A stretch of DNA of 64,000 bases from a virus: the IMG/VR virus record IMGVR_UViG_3300020034_000008, positions 10,331 to 74,330 of that record; one strand, written 5' to 3'. This document shows positions 57,676-64,000 of this stretch, one piece after another. Both the position numbers and the translations under genes were made by a program. The notes beneath the pieces are model-generated. The model worked only from the letters and a program-made list of their open reading frames with translations, had not been told where the DNA came from and made no database searches. Numbering within the stretch: the first letter of the stretch is position 1; each line of letters starts with the position of its first letter.

Positions 57676-57704
57676 TTGACACCGTCACGCTAAGCCGTTA
57701 CGGT
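57676..57704 (+). promoter_or_regulatory. sigma70-type promoter of the replication operon
   Basis: TTGACA-17nt-TACGGT, 9 nt upstream of ATG 57714. Confidence 0.7.
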
Positions 57705-57713
57705 GTGCGTGAC

Positions 57714-58328
57714 ATGGGGTATGCAAAGATTTTCGCTGAGATTCTGGACTCTACGGTTTGGCGTCTTCCTGACCAGGCAAGACTTGTCTGGATGACAATG
57801 CTGGTAATGGCAAACGAATACGGTGAGGTTCGTTCGTCAGTACCTGGATTAGCTGATCGTGCAAGAGTCTCTTTAGACAAGTGCAGAGAAGCTATTGAAC
57901 TTCTATCATCACCTGACCACGACAGCCGTACTGATGACCATGAAGGAAGACGCATTTTGAAGATAGACGGTGGTTGGGAAATAATTAATCACGATAAATA
58001 TCGCAAACTTATGTCACACGAGGATAAAAAAGAGAAAGCCGCTGTGCGCCAGCGTCGTCACAGAGAGCGTAACGCTTTGTCACGTTCCGTAACGCCTAGT
58101 AACGGTCTGTCACCTGACGCAACGCCCAATAACGCGAATAACGACATCAGAGTCAGATCAGAAGAGAGAAGAGAAGATACGGATCCGGAGGCTGGTCCAG
58201 CCACTAAACCACAGACCGGACCCAGACCAAATGTATTTGGAGGTCTCAGTAAACCACAACGTGTTAAGCCAGAACACAATTACAATAGTGTTGCACGAGG
58301 TACTGTTTACAAAGTAAAGGGAAGTTAA
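57714..58328 (+). CDS. phage replication initiator (replisome organizer-like)
   Basis: YAKIF..ILDSTVW, GLADRARV, PD.DSRT...EGRRI..IDGGW.IIN..KYR; upstream of a DnaC-like gene. Confidence 0.75.
   Translation: MGYAKIFAEILDSTVWRLPDQARLVWMTMLVMANEYGEVRSSVPGLADRARVSLDKCREAIELLSSPDHDSRTDDHEGRRILKIDGGWEIINHDKYRKLMSHEDKKEKAAVRQRRHRERNALSRSVTPSNGLSPDATPNNANNDIRVRSEERREDTDPEAGPATKPQTGPRPNVFGGLSKPQRVKPEHNYNSVARGTVYKVKGS
58057..58180 (+). repeat. iteron array, putative replication origin
   Basis: GT(A/C)ACG-like hexamers at 58069, 79, 89, 99, 109, 119, 129 (10-bp period), then a purine-rich tract. Confidence 0.75.
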
Positions 58329-58330
58329 TT

Positions 58331-58906
58331 ATGTACGGACAGCAAATTAGTATGGCTAGAAGTATACCTAGTAAATACTCAGCATTCAGTTTATCAGAAT
58401 TAACTAGTACACCAACATTCGATGGCGTTCGTTCTTATGCTGATAATATAAAGAGCCATCTGTCTAAGAAACGTGGTCTGCTTTTAGTTGGTGCTAATGG
58501 TATTGGCAAAACTGGTGCTCTTGCTTCAATTCATAATCTTCTTGCCACAGTACGACCCATGTGGGGTGTTAAAGAGAGAATGTGGTGTAGGGCTAGAGAT
58601 ATTGCCAAGACATATGAGTACGGTCACTTTGATGAAACTTTCGATGAGCCTGTAGATGAACTGTATAATAGCTGTGCATGGTTGGTAATAGATGAATTAG
58701 GTCGCGAAGCTGATGTGAAGAATTTTGAGCATAGAATGCACAGTCTGCTTAGTTCACGCCGTGACAATATGAAAATTACTTCTTTTACAAGTAATTTAAG
58801 TTTGTCACAAATACGTAATATATATGGCGAAGGTTTCTACTCAATTCTGCATGAGACTTCTGCTTTCATCATTGAGTGTGATGGACCGGACAGGAGAATG
58901 CTGTGA
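58331..58906 (+). CDS. DnaC/IstB-like AAA+ helicase loader
   Basis: GANGIGKT, LVIDELG, FTSNL, GPDRR. Confidence 0.88.
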   Translation: MYGQQISMARSIPSKYSAFSLSELTSTPTFDGVRSYADNIKSHLSKKRGLLLVGANGIGKTGALASIHNLLATVRPMWGVKERMWCRARDIAKTYEYGHFDETFDEPVDELYNSCAWLVIDELGREADVKNFEHRMHSLLSSRRDNMKITSFTSNLSLSQIRNIYGEGFYSILHETSAFIIECDGPDRRML

Positions 58907-59001
58907 GTGTTACTGGATTGATTCAATGCCCTAAATGTTTGCACCTGTTCAGCCCACTTCTGTACAAGTGTACATTCTGCGGTTGGGTAGTGAAGCAATG
59001 A
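58903..59001 (+). CDS. 32 aa zinc-ribbon microprotein (not in the ORF track)
   Basis: MSVTGLIQCPKCLHLFSPLLYKCTFCGWVVKQ; AGGAG RBS; GTGA and ATGA overlaps at both ends. Confidence 0.65.
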   Translation: MSVTGLIQCPKCLHLFSPLLYKCTFCGWVVKQ

Positions 59002-59213
59002 GTTATGTACCATCTGATTATAAAGATTGGCCGTTGCCAAGACCACCGATTGGCAAGATTCCAGATTGGTTGCGATGGGAGCACATGCACATACGTGAGT
59101 TGAATAAGACTCATCGTCGATGTGAGAAGCAAGCTTATGTTAAGGCACTTCGTCAACATATCGATAACGTGAATGGTGGGTTGACTTATAAATGGGTGAC
59201 AGGTGAAGTTTGA
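58998..59213 (+). CDS. hypothetical protein
   Basis: ATG 58998 coupled to the microprotein stop. Confidence 0.55.
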   Translation: MSYVPSDYKDWPLPRPPIGKIPDWLRWEHMHIRELNKTHRRCEKQAYVKALRQHIDNVNGGLTYKWVTGEV

Positions 59214-60450
59214 GAAAGCATTAATCACACGAATTATAGACACAGGTGATGTAAAGACAGTCAGTCGGTCTCTGACGTCTGATCACTTCTTTCTACCGGA
59301 GGCAAGACAGGCTTGGACGTTTCTCATTCAGTATTTTATGGAGCATGGTTTAGCTCCTTCCCGCGAAATGTTGCAGGCTCATGTACATCGATTTGAATTT
59401 GTAGCCTCTGCCGATCCTGTTCTCGCTCTGACAGAGCGTGTTCACGAGCATCTTGTTTACAACAAGATCAATCTTGTTGCCGAACACGTAACAGAGTTAG
59501 TAAAGACTGATGTACTTGGTGCAGGTAATCTCATGGCTGACGAAGCCATGCGTCTGCGTACACTAATTGCTGGAGGGCAAAGTACAGGCATAGACATAAC
59601 GACGAGAGCCAAAGAAGAGTTTGACTCTTATTATCGGCGAAAGAACCTTAAAGGTTTGCTTGGCTATGCGTACCCCTGGGATCGACTGAGTAAGGCCACA
59701 CATGGTTTGCAAATAAGCCAGTTGGTCATTTTCTATGCTCGTCCTAAGTCGATGAAGACATTTATTTTATTGTACGTACTTTTGTATATTCATTACAAGT
59801 ACAGAGCAAGGATTGTTTTATTTACTCGCGAGATGAGAGAAGAAGAGTTGCGATGTAGGTATGTAGCAATGCTAGCTCAGGTTGATTATGATCGTTACCA
59901 GAATGGGGCTTTAACAACACAAGAAGAGAGTCGTTGGCTTGAGGCTCTTGAAGTGTTTGTAGAGATGGGGCCAATGGTTATTGATACAGTTTCTGGATAC
60001 GGAGCAGATGCAGCAGATGAGATGATTTCAAAAGCGCAAGACCACGGGGCAGATTTGATTGGCGTAGACGGTATTTATTTCTTCGGCAATCGAGAGTGGG
60101 AAGAGATCGGCAAGTTCACTAGTCGTCTAAAGTATCACTTGTTGAACACATATAAAGTTCCATGTCTCGGTACTTCACAGGGTGCTAAGACAATGAGCAT
60201 GAAGCGTAAGAATATGGACGACGTTGGTTACAGTGACACGATGGCACAGGACGCCGATATTCTGATCAAGATGGCTTATATTGAGGCTGATAATAGAATA
60301 TATATGAATATGGCCGGCGCTCGTGATGGCAAACCATGCCAGTTACAAATTTGGGCAAGGCCAGCTTATGATTTTAGTCAGGCTCTTGTTAAAGAAGAAG
60401 TTGAGAGTGATGGCACAGAAGGAGACACCGATGCCCCTGTTGCAGAGTAA
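59203..60450 (+). CDS. DnaB-like replicative helicase
   Basis: ARPKSMKT (Walker A variant), FTREM, IGVDGIY, SQ, DVGYSD...QDAD. Confidence 0.88.
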   Translation: MKFEKALITRIIDTGDVKTVSRSLTSDHFFLPEARQAWTFLIQYFMEHGLAPSREMLQAHVHRFEFVASADPVLALTERVHEHLVYNKINLVAEHVTELVKTDVLGAGNLMADEAMRLRTLIAGGQSTGIDITTRAKEEFDSYYRRKNLKGLLGYAYPWDRLSKATHGLQISQLVIFYARPKSMKTFILLYVLLYIHYKYRARIVLFTREMREEELRCRYVAMLAQVDYDRYQNGALTTQEESRWLEALEVFVEMGPMVIDTVSGYGADAADEMISKAQDHGADLIGVDGIYFFGNREWEEIGKFTSRLKYHLLNTYKVPCLGTSQGAKTMSMKRKNMDDVGYSDTMAQDADILIKMAYIEADNRIYMNMAGARDGKPCQLQIWARPAYDFSQALVKEEVESDGTEGDTDAPVAE

Positions 60451-60454
60451 CTTT

Positions 60455-60601
60455 ATGCGCATTCAACACGAGCTAGTAGTGCAACTAGCTGAAGAATTAT
60501 TTGAATCCCCTGTAATAAAGTTATCTTCCAGTAAGGTTTGGGAGATGATTAAACAATTAGAATTGCCGTATATGGAAGGTGATGTAGAGATTGAGAGGTA
60601 A
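60455..60601 (+). CDS. small hypothetical protein
   Basis: ATG 60455 ORF filling the gap between dnaB-like and phosphoesterase genes. Confidence 0.5.
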   Translation: MRIQHELVVQLAEELFESPVIKLSSSKVWEMIKQLELPYMEGDVEIER

Positions 60602-60602
60602 A

Positions 60603-61175
60603 ATGAACGACATTTGGTTTACTAGTGATACACATTTTGGTCATACAAACGTCATTAAATATTCAGATCGTCCTTATGCAGATGCTGATGATATGAATGC
60701 AAAGATGCGCGACAATTGGAACGCGTTGGTTAAACCTGGTGATAAAGTGTATCACAACGGTGATATGGCTTTTATGAACTACACTAAATTTAAGGATTAC
60801 CTTGGTACTTTAAATGGCAGCATTGAGTTAGTTCTAGGTAATCACGATAAAATGATTATTGAGAAGAAAAATGACTTACTTACACAAGGTAAGATTGCCA
60901 GCATAGGATATTACAACGAATTGAAGATTTCTGGTTTGCCTATGATTGTTTTGTTTCACTATGGACAAAGAGTATGGAATAAGTCTCATCACGGTAGTAT
61001 ATTGCTCTATGGCCACTCTCACGGGTCTTTACCACCACACGGACTATCAGTTGATATAGGTGTTGACTGTAAGGAAATCACAGACGAGTACAGGCCAATT
61101 CACTTGGATGAGATTATTCAGTATATGAGTAAACGCACTCCTGTGGTTGTAGACCATCACGAAATGCGTGAATAG
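60603..61175 (+). CDS. calcineurin-like metallophosphoesterase
   Basis: SDTHFGH, GD, GNHD, FHY, GHSH, DIGVD. Confidence 0.92.
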   Translation: MNDIWFTSDTHFGHTNVIKYSDRPYADADDMNAKMRDNWNALVKPGDKVYHNGDMAFMNYTKFKDYLGTLNGSIELVLGNHDKMIIEKKNDLLTQGKIASIGYYNELKISGLPMIVLFHYGQRVWNKSHHGSILLYGHSHGSLPPHGLSVDIGVDCKEITDEYRPIHLDEIIQYMSKRTPVVVDHHEMRE

Positions 61176-61178
61176 ACA

Positions 61179-62180
61179 GTGGACAGGAATACTCTATACG
61201 AGATGATGGTGCAAGCCAGTCTGCAAAAGATTAAGCCGACTGGAGAAGGCTTTAGCAGTGTTTGTCCTTTGCATAAAGGTGAACGACCTACATTCAATAT
61301 CAACTCTGATAGCGGTTTATGGAGGTGCTGGAATCCTGACTGTGACCGTAAAGGCAATCTCGTTCAATTCTTGTCTTTGATCGTTGGAATGCCTTACGCT
61401 GATGCAGTTGAGTATGCGCAGAATATTCCTGTCGTCTCTTCTGTCGACATTGATATAGACGGTTGGAAATTACCGGATTACGACAAGCGTTGGGCATCAG
61501 AAGAACCGAAGTTCATGCAGGAGGCTGCATTAGGTTTGTACAGTAAATGCCCCGTGTACATGTTGAACCGTGGTTTCACCAAACCATTCTTGCGCGAGTT
61601 TGATATTGGCTGGGATGAAAACGGTTACGAACATCCAGAAGGCAGCGGTCGAGTTCTTGGCGCAAAGCGTGTTACATTTCCAGTTCGCGATCCTTACGGT
61701 CGATTGCTTGGCCTAACAAGGCGAACAGTTGAGTCAGACGGTGTACCGAAGTATCTACACGACTTCGAGCGAAACAAAACGCTCTACTTGATTCATTTGG
61801 TAAAGCGCGGAGGAGTAATTGGAGTGTCAGAGGGTAATCCAGATGCACTGATGGCTAGGCAGCGCGCAAGAGAGATACCTAGCAAAGCTATCGAGTATAC
61901 AGCTATGCATAATATGACAGCAACACTTGGTGGGTCTATTACGCACGATCAAGCTTCGCTGTTGGCAATGTACGAGCCAGAAGCTGTTGTGCTTGGATTC
62001 GACAATGATCCACCTGGAGTTTCTGCAACCAAGAAAAGCATCAAGACTCTGCGTGAGTTTGGATTTGGTGAGATACTTTGTTTGCGTTTCCCGTCGCATG
62101 ACTTGGGGGACTTGACTTCAGAGCAGATTGTTGATATTGATTGCGTTAGCTCGATCGAATGGCTGAGAAGCAGCCAATAA
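61179..62180 (+). CDS. DNA primase (CHC2 zinc finger plus TOPRIM)
   Basis: CPLH.GE.PTF...C...DC, TFPVRD, SEG..D, FDND..G, DLGD. Confidence 0.9.
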   Translation: MDRNTLYEMMVQASLQKIKPTGEGFSSVCPLHKGERPTFNINSDSGLWRCWNPDCDRKGNLVQFLSLIVGMPYADAVEYAQNIPVVSSVDIDIDGWKLPDYDKRWASEEPKFMQEAALGLYSKCPVYMLNRGFTKPFLREFDIGWDENGYEHPEGSGRVLGAKRVTFPVRDPYGRLLGLTRRTVESDGVPKYLHDFERNKTLYLIHLVKRGGVIGVSEGNPDALMARQRAREIPSKAIEYTAMHNMTATLGGSITHDQASLLAMYEPEAVVLGFDNDPPGVSATKKSIKTLREFGFGEILCLRFPSHDLGDLTSEQIVDIDCVSSIEWLRSSQ

Positions 62181-62248
62181 TAAGGGCCGTAAACGCCCGT
62201 AAAACATAGGAGCAGCAATATGGGTTACCAGAAAGTGACAGTTTAGTA

Positions 62249-63445
62249 ATGCCCGGCCAGCGTGGCATTTCGGCGTACAAGCAGCAGGCAGCGGCCAGCA
62301 GCGAGCGCCGACAGAGCGGTTATGCGAATTATCTCAAGCTTGAGGCTGGAGACATTGTTCGCGGACGTTTTCGCGGTTTGTTCTTTATGCCGTCTTGGCA
62401 GTTCAAGCCGGAAGGCGTGAAGGCGCTTACGCCTGAATGGCTACAGCACTACGCTTATGTGCTTGGCTTTGTTCCTCCAGAAAAAGACACGCTAGAAGAC
62501 TGGACACAGGCGTTCATGCTGCGCTACAAGCAAATTGAACCGTTCATTTACGATCAACACTATTGCCACGGTGTGCATGGTAAAGATGCTTATGGTACCT
62601 GTGCAAAGTCCTGGGCGGCACAAGATTGTGTTGACTGTTATTTGAAGAGTTGTGGTGATAAACGAATTTCGTTTAAGCCAACAAATGTATTTACGTTCCA
62701 GCCACAACGTAAATTTCATAAACTTCAGTCAACACGAGACAAGAATAAATCTGACTATTTGTTTTGTCCTGCTGTTGAAGGTGATCACTGTGCTTATTGC
62801 CAGCAAGGGTTGGAAGCTAAAGACGAAGGTGTTAAGTACGTCAGCTTTGCTGATACTCATGCTGGTGGTGTTGTCGCTTGTGCAGAGCGCGTGTCAAAGC
62901 GTTGTGGATTCTGTGGTATTGGATTTGTAAAGAATGCTGGTTGGCAGTGCGCGAATCCAGATTGTGGTGAACCTCTCACGTATACGCCACCTCCTATTCC
63001 AGCGCCGGAAAACTGGGATCCTGCGATTACGTGTCCAGCGTGCAAAGTGCGCAATCGGCCGGAAGAGTTGGTGACTTGCAACAAAGGTTGTGCGGCGCCA
63101 CGTCGTTGTCAGTTGCACGACGTGGACGTTATTGTCACACGCACTGGCGGGGATAAAAGCACAAGCTACCAGTTCAGTGAACAGTTCCCCGCTGAACCGC
63201 TGCCGGCAGCACTGATGAAGTTGAAGCTGCCGAACTATGAGTTGGCGTTCAAGCCTAAAGACATCAATGAGCAGTGTCGAGTGCGCGGATTGGTGCAGAA
63301 TCCATTCACCGGGCAAGGTGTCTCTGCGCCGCCTCAGCAGCAAACGCAGGGCTACGACGATCCTAATGCTGATGAGAATTTGGATCCGCACGGTGGGGAT
63401 CCGCAGGGATCACGTGCTGGTGACAACGATCCAATTCCATACTAG
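62249..63445 (+). CDS. putative ssDNA-binding protein (gp32-like) with multiple Zn motifs
   Basis: YLKL..GD...RF start, DVIVTRTG...TSY, acidic tail ending DPIPY, 19 Cys. Confidence 0.65.
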   Translation: MPGQRGISAYKQQAAASSERRQSGYANYLKLEAGDIVRGRFRGLFFMPSWQFKPEGVKALTPEWLQHYAYVLGFVPPEKDTLEDWTQAFMLRYKQIEPFIYDQHYCHGVHGKDAYGTCAKSWAAQDCVDCYLKSCGDKRISFKPTNVFTFQPQRKFHKLQSTRDKNKSDYLFCPAVEGDHCAYCQQGLEAKDEGVKYVSFADTHAGGVVACAERVSKRCGFCGIGFVKNAGWQCANPDCGEPLTYTPPPIPAPENWDPAITCPACKVRNRPEELVTCNKGCAAPRRCQLHDVDVIVTRTGGDKSTSYQFSEQFPAEPLPAALMKLKLPNYELAFKPKDINEQCRVRGLVQNPFTGQGVSAPPQQQTQGYDDPNADENLDPHGGDPQGSRAGDNDPIPY

Positions 63446-63452
63446 TATTTTG

Positions 63453-63549
63453 CCTACCGTCTAGTTGACGAAGCTCGAAAAACCGTACCTGTGGGGCGGT
63501 GAGATGGCCATGAGATGTGGCAATACGGCTAGACGGTAGGTTTCTTTTT
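63453..63549 (+). terminator. multi-branch structured RNA / terminator
   Basis: 15-bp closing stem, two internal hairpins, then TTTCTTTTT. Confidence 0.55.
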
Positions 63550-63656
63550 GCACAGGAGATGACAGATGAAGGTGTTGATGAGCGGGTGGTTTTGGCTTGG
63601 TATAGCCATAGGCATAGCTGTTCACACTGTCTGGTTGTGTAAGGGTGGTGTGTAAA

Positions 63657-64000
63657 ATGGCTAAAGAAGATCTCGACTCGACAACAGCAGGTAGGTCGTC
63701 AACAATGGTTGACAATGCTACTATTAAGTACGCCAGTATTGCCGTTACACATAAAGGCAGAACTGTTTTCTCCGATGTGCCAGACGAGTCTGAGTGTTGT
63801 ATTTGCCGTCAATGTCTTGCAGTAATAGCAGTAAAAGATAAAGCAGTTCACGTTTGTGTTTTAACTGAACAGCCTGGTGCAATTACAGTCTCTGTAATTG
63901 AGGCTTGTCCTTTTGCGCACGAAGTTATTGAAGGTGTGCATGTAGTCGGGCAACACAGTAAACGGGCATACGTGCGGTGCTACGATTGTTATACTGATGG
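63657..64000 (+). CDS. Cys-rich hypothetical protein (partial, runs off the window)
   Basis: Open frame from ATG 63657 to the end. Confidence 0.55.
   Translation, partial: MAKEDLDSTTAGRSSTMVDNATIKYASIAVTHKGRTVFSDVPDESECCICRQCLAVIAVKDKAVHVCVLTEQPGAITVSVIEACPFAHEVIEGVHVVGQHSKRAYVRCYDCYTD

Noticed and set aside
63465-63482. Hammerhead core (TTGACGA...GAAA) in the structured RNA
   Set aside because: No proper stem II and no UH cleavage site next to the closing stem
1-64000. Stop-codon reassignment, CRISPR array, integrase or att site
   Set aside because: Core genes are intact in the standard code and end in all three stops; no suppressor tRNA, repeat-spacer array or recombinase seen

Overview
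The window is a 64 kb piece of a tailed dsDNA bacteriophage with a contractile tail (myovirus), about 43-45% GC by eye, with nearly all genes on the + strand. Gene order: ATP-dependent DNA ligase and small accessory genes; CHAP-type endolysin; fibre/SGNH esterase genes; terminase; a cluster of small genes around an SPP1-type portal with a large insertion; scaffold; N4-gp56-type major capsid; neck; sheath; HNH; tube; frameshifted tail chaperone; tape measure; a baseplate resembling extracellular contractile injection systems; many fibre/adhesin genes; three tRNAs (Ile-UAU, Thr-UGU, Leu-UAA); and a replication module (SF2 helicase, MazG-like, initiator with internal origin, DnaC, DnaB, phosphoesterase, primase, Cys-rich SSB). 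Several accessory lipoproteins look myxobacterial, so I infer a GC-rich Myxococcota host. Best leads: (1) an HNH cassette that split the tail-tube gene after codon 7 and supplies a synonymously recoded replacement start; (2) 10-bp-phased iterons in the initiator gene whose motif also covers that gene's own promoter; (3) one palindromic operator shared by two loci 48 kb apart; (4) a rare tRNA-Ile(UAU); (5) a Cys-bracketed portal insertion. All family calls come from motif recognition; no searches were run.
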